Notes: generated by a model from the letters alone, not told the origin. 37,641 nucleotides of DNA from Octopus bimaculoides (GCF_001194135.2 NC_068982.1:65567674-65605314), one strand, 5' to 3'; numbered from the stretch's first letter, positions 23,060 to 33,870 are shown. Program-made: numbers and translations.

Positions 23060-24069
23060 CTGGAATAAAGTAAAAAGAGAAATATATTTTATCACAGGTT
23101 GAGTGCTTCAGCAAATTTATGCTATTAAACTAGGTTACTATAAAGTAACTAATCTGTTGTTTTCATTTAAGCAAACCTATGATCAAAAGCATTCAAGCTG
23201 TGACTATTCCATCATTTCTTTTTTAAATATTGTATATCTAGGATTACATGATCGAATGCCTTGTCACCACTGCTACCCCTGACATGCCTGTGCACCCTTT
23301 CCTCTTAATGCTTCTTTTACTGTTCACTTTTCTAACTATGCATGTACTTTTGGCTTTCATTGCTGTCCTTTTTTTACTGTTTAATTAGTATTGATCTGGA
23401 GCCAAACAACAACATTCATGCAATCTTGTGCACATCTTTGTATATGTATAAATATTTCTATCTACATTGATTTAGCAGACACATGAATGTTTATGTTTCA
23501 CGAGGAAGTCTAATAAGTGTGAAACATATCCAGAGTTGTAACAATATCAACCACAAACTAGACTCTCCTTTCCTTCGCCATGTTACTTATTTTAGCTAGT
23601 TACTAATTTGGTAACAGGTACAATATAAATGTCAGGAAAAGAAAAAGTAATGAAGTCTGTTGAGATTTATATTAGTGCTTATGTATTGGCATAACCCCTC
23701 AGCCAAAAAGGAATTTTTATGCCTATTTTGAGTTGTCATCCTTGAAATCTGCATTGAGTAAAGTTAATGGGCCAAAAATTATCAATGTCATCCCCCTTAT
23801 TTTGCCCCTTTCTCAGCAGTGCTACTGCTCTTCAGTTCACAGAACTGGAAAACTTCTGTGCTGCTGATAGTTGCAGTAGATATATGCCAAAAAAAGTGCC
23901 AACAAGTTTGGCATATACCACTTAAAAACTAGTTAATTAACACATGTTTTTGTCATGAATATGCAGTAGTATAGATGTCAGCCTATATATCACTGACTCT
24001 TCAACAGATAGACCAGTATCATACTAACTTTATCATTTGTAATTTTCAGTAACCTTAGGATTCATGAAT

Positions 24070-24287
24070 GTTGATTTCAAATTTTGGTACAAGGCTAGCA
24101 ATTTCGGGGGAAGGGTAAGTCAGTTACATCAACTCCAGTACTCAGCTGGTATTTATTTTATTGACCTTGAAAGGATGAAAGGCAAAGTCAACCTCGGCGG
24201 AATCTAAAATCAGAATGAAAAGACGGACGAAATACCACTAAGTATTTTGCCCAGCATGCTAACGATTTTACCAGCTTTCCTCCTTAA
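24070..24287 (-). mobile_element. SINE family C copy
   Basis: tttcaaattttggtacaaggctagcaatttcgggg...gaaaggatgaaaggcaaagtcaacctcggcggaat...ttttgcccagcatgctaacgatt. Confidence 0.88.
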
Positions 24288-24334
24288 AGAATCCATGAAT
24301 ATTATTATTCCACATTAGATGGGCTTTAATACAT

Positions 24335-24373
<39 letters not shown>

Positions 24374-24456
24374 TTTAAAGTTAATATCCGGTGAATTATG
24401 AAGGAACTTCACTAAAGAACTTCTGTTCTGTGTTTATCTGTGAAACTAATACTTAC

Positions 24457-24523
24457 GCATTGATGGGGCAGCCATTATAATTCTTGAGAATACCACTTGA
24501 CTAATTCCTTTGACAGCAGCATA
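24457..24523 (-). CDS. SFXN2: Sideroflexin-2 exon (67 nt, phase 0 to 1): YAAVKGISQVVFSRIIMAAPSM
   Basis: Acceptor ttttttctccttattaccag, donor TGC|gtaagt. Contains the conserved GI.QVV.SRI.M.AP.M motif. Confidence 0.96.
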
Positions 24524-24950
24524 CTGGTAATAAGGAGAAAAAATGATTAATTTTATAACAGATACAAAATAAATGTCAGGAAAAGAAAAAGTAATGAAGT
24601 CTGTTGAGATATATATTAGTGCTTATGTATTGGCATAACCCCTCAGCCAAATAGAAAGCCTGTATGAGTCACACAACTTGCTAGAAATGATAGTAATGTC
24701 CCTCTGAAATCACAATTTATTGTCTTAAAAAAGAAAGAAGAAATTAGACAATGTAAATTAAAGATATGAAGAAAATGGGATGGTCATATATGGAATACTT
24801 TTGATCTGGGCATAAATAACAACACCCTGAAAGGGTTAAGCTGAAGTTGACATCTGCACTGAACTTTATCAGTGTTTAATAAATTTCTTTCTCTCTACCC
24901 CTTTCAACCCCTCTCTCTATCTCCCTCTTTTTCTCTCTCAAGTCCTTTAT

Positions 24951-25135
24951 TCTTTACTTGTTTCAGTCACTAGACTGCAGCCATGCTTGGGCATCACTGA
25001 AGGGTTTAATCAAACAAACTGACCCCAGCCTGGTACTCATTCTATTGATCTCTTTTCACAAGACCATTAAGTTACAGGAACCTAAACAAATCAACACTGG
25101 TTATTAAGCAGTGGGAGTGGGACAAACACAAAGAT
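24951..25135 (-). mobile_element. SINE family B, 3' half, decayed
   Basis: tctttacttgtttcagtca...gcagccatgct...gggacaaacaca matches the reverse complement of the family B 3' half. Confidence 0.75.
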
Positions 25136-26048
25136 GTACATACACACATACATCTCTTCTACACTCTCCCTCAATCTCTTGCTCTCTCCCTCTGACTGGG
25201 TAACCATATATCTCCTCTACAGCAAGACACCTGTTTCTGTCCCTCTATCACACCTGGCACAAGGCCAGCTCCTCCAATGCACCTCGCCTCTCAAACGATC
25301 TTTGTCTTGTGAATAACTTGGTGACCCCCACCTGTGCTAGTGCCACATAAAAAGCATCCAGTCCACACTGTAAAGTAGTTGGTAGTTGGAAGGGCATTCA
25401 GCTGTAAAAAATCATACCTAAACAGGCCCTGCCAGTGCTGGTGCTATGTAAAAAGCACTGTCCACTCTGTAAGGTGGTTGGTGTTAGGAAAAGCATCCAG
25501 CCATAAAAACCATGCCAAAATAGACATTGAAGCCTAGTGCAGTCTTTTGGTATGTGTTGAAGGAGTCAACACATATATGCGCATGTGTTGAAGGAGTCAA
25601 CATATATTCTTTCCAAGCCAAATCTTAAATGTTAAATTTTAGATTTAAATTTCAATCGACCTAAAGAAAATGTGTTTTTTCATGATGTAATTGATTTGTT
25701 CATTAATAAAAAATGCATCTGAAACAGCTGTAGTGAACCTCATTTCAAGGTGGTTCGTTTCCAGTTTTCTGTGAAAAACTTGTCTAGCCATGGAGAAATA
25801 TTACCTTGCTTGGAAACAGGTGAGAGCTAACAACAGAAAGATGATCCAGCTGTAGAAAATCTGCCTCAACAAATTTCATCTGACCCATGTAAGTATGGAA
25901 AAGTGGATGTTAAATGATGATGATGATTATAATTATTATACATACTGATATCTTAATGTAAACCTATTTCAAATGTATATATTAATATAAAACATGATGC
26001 TAATGATTTGCCATACAATATTAAATTCAGTAATCATTGCCTAATTAC

Positions 26049-26109
26049 CTTTGATGTTGTCACAGGATTCTTATTTTCATCATACACAATGATTCCATCA
26101 AGAAATTCA
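26049..26109 (-). CDS. SFXN2: Sideroflexin-2 exon (61 nt, phase 2 to 0): EFLDGIIVYDENKNPVTTSK
   Basis: Acceptor atatttctctttctag, donor AAG|gtaatt. Matches the E...GI.V.D.N.N...S segment and is phase-compatible. Confidence 0.93.
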
Positions 26110-26464
26110 CTAGAAAGAGAAATATGTATAGAATTAGAATTTGTCATAACTAGAACTGAAGTGTGCAACTTGCACAGATGCCATCTTTAACACACACATT
26201 CACTCATAATTTACACTAATTATGTCAGTTAAACCAACAAGGAAGACTCTCAGTAGTTACTCAGCCTACTAGAAATAACATTCAAATCACCCTATCATCT
26301 GAACAAAGGAAAGAGCATATGAGGTAATGTAATTATAGATACAATAAGGACAACATAGGACAAGATTGAAATATATTTCATCAAAGGTCTGCTTGATCAG
26401 CAATGACTTAGGACAAAACAGCAATAACTGATTCTCCTCTTCATCTTCTTCATAACCATAACCA

Positions 26465-26670
26465 CCATTGTTGTTAACGTTTGTCTTCCAGGCTGGCATG
26501 GGTTGGACAGTTCAATAGAATCTGAGGATTTGGAGGATGACATTATGCTCCAATATCTATAATAGCACAGTTTCTGTTGCTGGGTGCCCTTCCTGATGCC
26601 AACCATTCTATAGAAGTATACAAGGTGGCTTTTTTTCATGGCACCAGCACAAGTGAAGATTGGCTCATAA
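26465..26670 (-). mobile_element. Older RTE 3' end, minus orientation
   Basis: ttaacgtttgtcttccaggctggcatgggttgga...gggtgcccttcctgatgccaacca. Further older copies at about 6925-7130 (-), 7790-7980 (+), 11690-11855 (+), 25190-25545 (+), 27870-28080 (-) and 34150-34375 (+). Confidence 0.85.
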
Positions 26671-27322
26671 CTTACAAGACCAAGGGTCTAAAGTGGCCCC
26701 CCTATAGCTGAAGGAGAATAGAAGAGAGATTGTGTGACTATTTTAGGTGGGTGATAAGAGAGGATTAAGTAATATGTGAGGAACAGATTTGTTAGTTGTG
26801 ATAGAGTGGTAGTGGAGAGAGTAACAGAGTAATAACATAGAAAGTGATTGGTGTGGTGATGGTGGTGAGGGGGAATATGGCAGGGAACTGGAAAAAGGAA
26901 AGGGATTAGTGTTGTGAATTACTGAGATAAGTGGGGTGGGGGAAACAAAGTAGAAAGGTGACTGTGTGATGGGTGAATATTTGAATATGAGTGTCTAGGG
27001 CTATCTTACAGCAACTGGTTGTTTCATCAGTGGCTTGTCTCAGAAACACATCTATAGCTATTTTTCACCCAGCTTATTTTACAATCATCGACAGCATTTG
27101 TTTGGGGTAACACTAGTTGAACTCATTAAGTCTACATATCTATGGTACTGAACCAATCAGTCCAACACTAGAAATATAAATAATATATCTGATTGACTGT
27201 TATGAACTGAAATAAACCAGCTTTCTAGACGTTGGCTATTCTACTCACTTATTAATGGCTGGTCTAGTTAACAACTTAATGAATTCTTTAGGGTCTTTAA
27301 AATGAAAATGCTAAGACATCAT

Positions 27323-27528
27323 TTAACCCTTTAGCATTCAGATTACTTTGTCAAATGTAATGTTTATTTACTTAAATTGTTTTGTAGCTTCAAGATCTCA
27401 ATGATGTGATTGTTCATTTTTAGAATGTCATTGAAGGTAGGTCTGAAAGGCTGGATCTGTTCAGTTTGAACAAGAAGCAGACAGAATATTTGGGTTGGAT
27501 ATGGCTAGTTTAAATGCTAAAGGGTTAA
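27323..27528. mobile_element. piggyBac-like MITE (about 200 bp), intact
   Basis: TTAA-CCCTTTAGCATT...AATGCTAAAGGG-TTAA: perfect 12-bp TIR with a TTAA target duplication. Confidence 0.88.
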
Positions 27529-28482
27529 GGGAGATTTAGTATTGCGTTAAGTAGATAGTTTGAAGTTGTATTGCGAGTTAAAAACAGGTTAAAACAACCA
27601 TGTAAATGCAATGTAAATTATGAGACAATGGCAATTTGAGCAAGAAACTAGAGAATCGGTAAAACACACACACACACACACACACAAGAAAATTATGTAA
27701 CAAGTTTACAGACCGGGTGTAAGACACAAACAAGTTATGAGAAGTGCACACTAAATATATCGTTATGTACATGCGAAACAGACTGAACAGGTGTGTGGGA
27801 AACATAGCTTAGTGGTGTATGAAACAGACAAACCATGTTTGTATGAGTGAAATCAGGTTGTCACCATCATCATTTAATGTTTGTTTTCTATGTTGGCATA
27901 GGTTGGAAGGTTTGATAGAATCTAATGAATCACAGGAATGCACTGAACTCTAATGTCAGCTTTGGTATGGTTACTATGACAGGGTGCCCTTCCTAAAGCC
28001 AACCACTTTACAGCCTGTACTGGGTGCTTTTTTTTTATGCCACTAGCACTAGTGAGGTTCCTGAGTAACTTGCAAGGCTTGAAAAGAAATGAGTAAAAAA
28101 AGCTCCCTGAACTGAATGACAGTTGTATTTGGCTTTATGTCAGATGTTGAGAGGCTAAAGAATGACAGAGGGATGAGCACAGGTGTCTTACTATAAAGGA
28201 GATACATGATTACACCACATTAACACTGGTGAGTGAGAGTAGCTGGAAAGAAGATAGAGATAGTCATGATGAGGTGACAGAATGAACTCTCAAGGTACAA
28301 TTTGCTCTGGTGTCCCAATACATCTTTCTTCTTTCCACTTACTACCATCCAGCCTTATATAATGCAAGGTAGCTATGTATTTCCTCTACAGGTGTAAGAT
28401 AGATTAAAAATGAGGCCTAGATTACAATATCAGTAGTTAATACAGACAAAACAAAAGGACAAATAAATGACAAGCTTTTTAC

Positions 28483-28568
28483 CTTTGTCTCATTAAAGGA
28501 ATATTTACAATGTTAGCTGCTGCAACAGCAATGAAAGGAACAAAACGCTGCAATATGCCAGTTGTGCG
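28483..28568 (-). CDS. SFXN2: Sideroflexin-2 exon (86 nt, phase 0 to 2): RTTGILQRFVPFIAVAAANIVNIPLMRQ
   Basis: Acceptor ttttattttcatcttctgtag, donor AAG|gtaaaa. Contains the conserved RFVPF.AVAAAN..NIPLMRQ motif. Confidence 0.97.
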
Positions 28569-28664
28569 CTACAGAAGATGAAAATAAAAAAAAAGACAAA
28601 GAGTTATAAACATAAAAACAAATAAAACAAAAAAGTAAAATAAAATTATTGAACAATAGATGTA

Positions 28665-29007
28665 GATATGGCTGAGTGGTCGCCTTCCTGGCACATGAAA
28701 AGACATTCGAGCGAGTTCGTTGCCAGTCCCGCTGGACTGGCTCCTGTGCGGGTGGCACGTAAAATACACCATTTCGAGTGTGGCCGTTGCCAGTACCCCC
28801 TGACTGGCCTTCGTGCTGGTGGCATGTAAAAGCACCCACTACACTCTCTGAGTGGTTGGCATTAGGAAGGGCATCCAGCTGTAGAAACTCTGCCAAATCA
28901 GATTGGAGCCTGGTGTAGCTATCTGGTTTCACCAGTCCTCAGTCAAATCGTCCAACCCATGCTAGCATGGAAAGCGGACGTTAAACGATGATGATGATGA
29001 TGATGAT
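28665..29007 (+). mobile_element. Young RTE 3' end, about 100 nt upstream of an SFXN2 acceptor
   Basis: Same consensus as 1578-1900, with a (GAT)n tail. Confidence 0.92.
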
Positions 29008-29468
29008 ACTTTGTGACTGCAGATCTACAGATCTNNNNNNNNNNNNNNNNNNNNNNNNNNNNNNNNNNNNNNNNNNNNNNNNNNNNNNNNNNNNNNNNNN
29101 NNNNNNNNNNNNNNNNNNNNNNNNNNNNNNNNNNNNNNNNNNNNNNNNNNNNNNNNNNNNNNNNNNNNNNNNNNNNNNNNNNNNNNNNNNNNNNNNNNNN
29201 NNNNNNNNNNNNNNNNNNNNNNNNNNNNNNNNNNNNNNNNNNNNNNNNNNNNNNNNNNNNNNNNNNNNNNNNNNNNNNNNNNNNNNNNNNNNNNNNNNNN
29301 NNNNNNNNNNNNNNNNNNNNNNNNNNNNNNNNNNNNNNNNNNNNNNNNNNNNNNNNNNNNNNNNNNNNNNNNNNNNNNNNNNNNNNNNNNNNNNNNNNNN
29401 NNNNNNNNNNNNNNNNNNNNNNNNNNNNNNNNNNNNNNNNNNNNNNNNNATATATATATATATATATA

Positions 29469-30120
29469 CTAGCAGCTAAACCTGGTTTCACCTGGTCTGT
29501 TTGGGTGATGTGGCTGTGATTGTTTTCGGTTAGGCATAATCTATAACACCGTTTCTCAACCTGATCATTTCGTGTCCAGCTTCGATTGGAGCCTCCAGCT
29601 GTATGAAGATTTCACCCCCTTCTGTCAGAAAATAGCTTCATGAATTGTGAAGAAAGAATTTGTACGTAGTCTGTTTGTGAGAGCTATTCTATTGGACGTC
29701 TGTCTAACCATTAAAAGATTTATGTAATTATGAACATAGAAAGAAATTATACATTAATCGCAATTTTGGTAAGCAGTTTTATCCGTAAAAATTTTATTTG
29801 CAGAGAGCAGAAATTGAAAGATATATGAAATGGACGTGTGTGTGTGTGTGAGAGAGAGAAAGAGGGTAAAAAAGAGAGATAGAGTGAGTGAGTGAAGTTG
29901 TGTATCATTGACTTATGTTGACTGGCACAGCAAGTACGAAACTTTTGATTTAGCAGGAGTTGGTTTGTGTTTTATCTCTCAATCAATGGCCGGACAAGTG
30001 AAAAGGGAAGGCGATCTTTTGAAGTGGCCGGCGAATGAAGAGATATGGACAGTTTTATGACTGAACTTCTTTTGAAGCTGTGGTGAGAGGGGAGAATTGA
30101 TGTGCGTGCGTATGTCTGTG
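29469..30120 (-). mobile_element. Probable non-autonomous Helitron-like element
   Basis: On the minus strand it ends ...ACCAGGTGAAACCAGGTTTAGCTG-CTAG|T, that is a CpG-decayed subterminal hairpin followed by a CTAG terminus. The 5' end is not clearly seen. Confidence 0.45.
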
Positions 30121-30160
30121 TGTAAAAAAAGAAAAAATTGCAGGAATGAATGAGACATAC

Positions 30161-30239
30161 TTGAGATAAGATAGCCTTGAGTCCAAGAGCTGCAACTAAA
30201 GCTGATGTAGTTGAACTGACATAAGCAACAGCCAACTTC
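30161..30239 (-). CDS. SFXN2: Sideroflexin-2 exon (79 nt, phase 2 to 0): KLAVAYVSSTTSALVAALGLKAILSQ
   Basis: Acceptor atttcttcacacag, donor CAA|gtatgt. In phase with both neighbours. Corresponds to the hydrophobic 'AY..ATT.A...A.G' segment of sideroflexins. Confidence 0.95.
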
Positions 30240-30679
30240 CTGTGTGAAGAAATATTTCAAAATAGTAAGAACACGCAAAAATCAAAGTCACAAACAACAT
30301 AATTTTTTCTTTTTTCTTCAATCTGAGATGAAAAGAAAGACCTAAAATATTAAGTTCTTCACTCCTCACATCAAAAGAACTCACCAAACTCTTCTAAGCA
30401 CTCTATTTACTAATTGTAGATGATGCAGACCATCATCAGTTTCTTCAGATTCTAGTATATAGGGGTGACCCTACCTTCTATGTTTAGGTCATGTTCCCCA
30501 TCATTTAATGTTTATGTTCTATGCTGACATGGATGGGACAGTTTGGCTGGATCCAACGGTCCTAAGGATTGAAACATGCATATAACAATTGTCACATATA
30601 TATGTACATCTTTTGGTGATGTGGTCATCAATAGGTAGACATCAGTGACAAAACAAGATAAAGTGGTGCTTTTGAACTA

Positions 30680-31818
30680 TCAGGTCATCCCATAAGTTCT
30701 GTCTGAATTTTGAATAAAGAAAACAAGTGATCAAATGTTATATTTAATTGAAATTTAATCATCAATGTACTTTCCTTGATTATCTATGACTTCCTTCCAT
30801 CTATTTACAAGCTTTTTAATCCCATCAATGTAAAACACTTTTGGTTTCAAAGCGAGGAACTCTGAAATGTCAGTTTTGACCTCCTGGTCTGCGAAAGTTA
30901 TGTCCCCCAAATGATTCTGTAAGCTACAAAACAAATGGTAGTCTGAAGGAGCAAGGTCGGGAGAATAAAGTGGATGAGGAATTTTTTCCCAACCAAGCTC
31001 CTTGATCTTCTGTGATGTGATCTTTGCAGTGTGGGGTCGCGCATTGTCCTGATGAAACACCACTCCTTTTTGATTCACTAAAGCAGGCCTTTTTTTCTTC
31101 AAAGCTTGGTTCAAACGCTCTAATTGCTGACAGTAGGCTTGAGCATTGCTTGTTGCACTAAGTGGTAACAATTCAAAGTGAATTACTCCTTTGCAATCCG
31201 ACCAGATAGAGAGAAGAACCTTTTTTCCATGAAGTTCCCTTCTTGGTTGTGGCTGAGCATTTTCCCATTTACCAAGCCACTGTTTACGATATTTAACATT
31301 TCGATAGAAGATCCATTTTCCGTTACCAGTCACAAGTCTATCCAAAAAAGGGTGAAACAAGTTCGCGAGAATGAAAAGAGCAGATGTCAACTCGGGATTT
31401 GTGGTTGCTTTCGGACAATTCATGAGGCACCCATTTTCCAAGTTTAGGAACCTTTCCAAGTTGTTGAAGATGATGATGAACAGTTGTATGGTTTGAACTA
31501 AGCTTTATTGCCAATTCTTCAAGTGGACGTCTTGTTCAATCTTCATCTTCAAGGCTGAAATCTCCACTTCTGAATTTGCAAACCATCTTCTGCAAGTTCT
31601 TTCATTCAAACATTCTTTCCCATAAACTGAGAGTATGTTTCAAGTCACTTTGGCTGCAGAGTTTCCTATTTTGTACTTATAAAGCATTATGTGCCTTAAA
31701 TGCTCTTTGGATACTTCCATGTTAGAAAGGGCTTTAATCAGAGAAATTCTAAAATACTATTAAATTTCATTCAATTTTAAAAAAGGTAAAATCGGACAGA
31801 ACTTATGGGATGACCTGA
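30680..31818 (-). mobile_element. Mariner (DD34D) DNA transposon, near full length, inactive, in an SFXN2 intron
   Basis: TIRs TCAGGTCATCCCATAAGTTCTGTC(T/C)GA at both ends (first 24 nt identical), TA duplication at 30678-79 and 31819-20, transposase remnant inside. Confidence 0.95.
30755..31720 (-). pseudogene. Disrupted mariner transposase
   Basis: Starts MEVSKEHLRHIMLY... with stops and frameshifts in the 5' part. Retains KWVPHEL, FHQDNARPH and YSPDLAPSDYHLF, with 34 residues between the second and third Asp. The first catalytic motif reads VTGNGKW instead of VTGDEKW. Confidence 0.93.
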
Positions 31819-32249
31819 TAAAAATCCTAGTTACTCTTTCTGTTGTAGATGAATTAGCACAGAGATTTGCCCATTGGAAACCTGCTACAAATGTCACTGC
31901 TGTTTATAAAATGCAATACAAAATAAATCAATAAAGTAAAGGTGTCCTGCACCTCAGGTAAATTCTTGACAAACTAAGTCAACAATCCAGTTTTAACTTT
32001 CAGTGAGGTCCAAGTGACACTAGTTTCTCTTCTATTTATTACCCACTGGGAACCTATATATATATTACTTTGTTTAATACTTCCTGTTTTGAACTGTAAT
32101 TGAACTTCACCTCTGTCCATGTTTTTCATCTTCAAACAAAATATCAATGCCATCATGTTATCGCTAACCTTTGCCTAAAATTGGGTTATGGGTACTATTA
32201 CTATACCTGTCCCTCTTATTCCAGTACTTCCTTTTTTACTTACTTAGTC

Positions 32250-32900
32250 AAGAGGAAAGGGTAGTGCTCATGGCCTCTGCAGACCCTCCTACACTAGTGG
32301 GATTCATACCATTAATGTTCCTCTTGAATCTGTGTAAGTCAATAGCTGCAGGAAAAAAATGAGCAGGTAGTGAATTCCTGAGGGCCCACTCTCTGGGAAG
32401 GAAGAACTGGATATAGTGATTAGTGTGGGGTCTGGCAGGTGATCAAAAGAGGAGAGATGTGTGGGACAGGAATGTCTGAGTGGAGGTAGCGTGAGCTCAG
32501 TCAGCCCCAAGCAGCAGAGACCATTACAGTAGATGTATAATAGGTAGAAAGAGAGCGAGGACAACACACTTATGGGCCAGATACTGGGAAATATCTTCTG
32601 TGTGACTTTATGCCAATCAGTGAGACAGTCCTTTTTTGGATTTCTCTATTGTGGACTTTACCCGAGTTTGTAGAGTATCAGTAATTTTGGAGGCTGAAGT
32701 ATCTTCTAGCTATGAAGAAAAGGGCCAGTTGTTGGGGTGCAAGCCTAGCTATGTTAAGAATGTGCTTTTGCCAGATCTTCAGAGACAGTGAGACCCAACA
32801 ATTGGAGTTATTTTGAGAGGTCTAGCTGAGTGCTGCTCATGATTAAAGTGGAGTACGGTGCAATGATATTTTCATGATATGAGTTGCGTATTGAAAGAGA
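32250..32900 (-). mobile_element. 3' fragment of an L2/Jockey-group LINE, frameshifted
   Basis: Frameshifted translation LGLTVSEDL..WQKHILNIARLA..ARRYFS..LLILYK.RVKST..YCNGLC..AIDLHRFKRNING corresponds to an RT thumb and C-terminus. Confidence 0.72.
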
Positions 32901-33113
32901 CAAGATTGGTATATCCCCTTTGGAGGATGCATTAATAATTAAAAAAACAAAAAAAGAGAGAAACAACAGAGTCATTGCTACTAATGTCCAAAAGAAAATT
33001 TTTGAAATCACACACTTTTATTCTCTCTTCTGATACATTTGTAGCCTTCTAACTATAAAAATATATAAGGGTAGATTCCTTTAAAATAATTTCAGAAATA
33101 TGTAAATTCTTAC

Positions 33114-33212
33114 TTTTGGGTTATGTCAGATCCTGCATTTCTGTTGGTGTAATTCACAAGTGCATTGAAAGACTGATTGGCCCATTGCCAAAAAATCACA
33201 GCAGAGTTTGTG
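33114..33212 (-). CDS. SFXN2: Sideroflexin-2, first coding exon visible in the window (99 nt, phase 2 to 2): TNSAVIFWQWANQSFNALVNYTNRNAGSDITQ
   Basis: Acceptor ttttgttttcattttccag, donor AA|gtaaga. Carries the sideroflexin signature FWQW.NQSFNALVNYTNRNA, which is SFXN2-type (SFXN1/3 have NAVVNYTNRSG as I recall). Confidence 0.96.
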
Positions 33213-33280
33213 CTGGAAAATGAAAACAAAACAAAATATTTTCAGTATTTCTATTTCCTTTTATGTTCTGGAAAAATAAT

Positions 33281-33870
33281 GGATCTTTCTGATTTAGCGG
33301 GCGCCATTTTTTATTTAGTTTTTATTTAGTGTGTTTTCTACTGAAACACTTTAAAACTTCGTATTTTTGCCAAATTTGGTGAAAATCTGTTCAATACACA
33401 GCCACAAATTTTTCACTAAATTTGGCAAAAATACTCATAACCCTAACCCTAACCCTAAAACCCTAACTCTAAAACCCTAACCCTAACCCTAAAACCCTAA
33501 CCCTAACCCTAAAACCCTAAAGCTAACACAAGTACAAGCGCACGAACGATGTCTTAAATAAAAGTACCGCCGACAGTTGTTGTTGACAAACAACAGCACT
33601 AATTTTATTCAAGAGAAAAGATCCCATTACACCGCCACAACGTCTTGTTGATGATCCACAGCAGTAATTGTTTTCACCTCAATAGACGTCAGTGATTGGT
33701 TGAAATTACTGAAATACCACAATTTTAACACGAAATAACTTTTAAAATATAAACTTTTCTCAACAACACTAAGAGTAAAAGATGTTTTATATGACACATT
33801 CTACCAGTGTCCCAAGTTTGAAAGTGTTTCGTTAAGAAAACAAGTGGTGTCTGCCAAATCAGAAAGATCC
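33281..33870. mobile_element. 590-bp non-autonomous DNA transposon (Merlin-like or hAT-like MITE) containing telomere-like repeats
   Basis: TIR GGATCTTTCTGATTT (15 nt identical, about 28 nt imperfect). Perfect 8-bp TSD AAAATAAT at 33273-80 and 33871-78. GG termini plus an 8-bp TSD fit the Merlin superfamily; hAT is not excluded. Confidence 0.85.
33438..33520 (+). repeat. Interstitial telomere-like (CCCTAA)n array with CCCTAAAA variants
   Basis: taaccctaaccctaaccctaaaaccctaactctaaaaccctaacc... read directly from the sequence. Confidence 0.95.

Noticed and set aside
22911-23070. Plus-strand protein-like frames with a good acceptor (KKFLKSNEEFTKEF..., QDLEWSIEYF...)
   Set aside because: These are the antisense shadow of the real SFXN2 exon 22960-23059, which shows how easily false exons appear here.
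28483-28568. Possible restorative A-to-I recoding (genomic Ile in PFIAVAAAN where homologues have Ala or Val)
   Set aside because: It cannot be supported from DNA alone; matched RNA would be needed.
33438-33520. True telomere or chromosome fusion point
   Set aside because: The array is short, degenerate, single-orientation and enclosed in a TIR element inside an intron.
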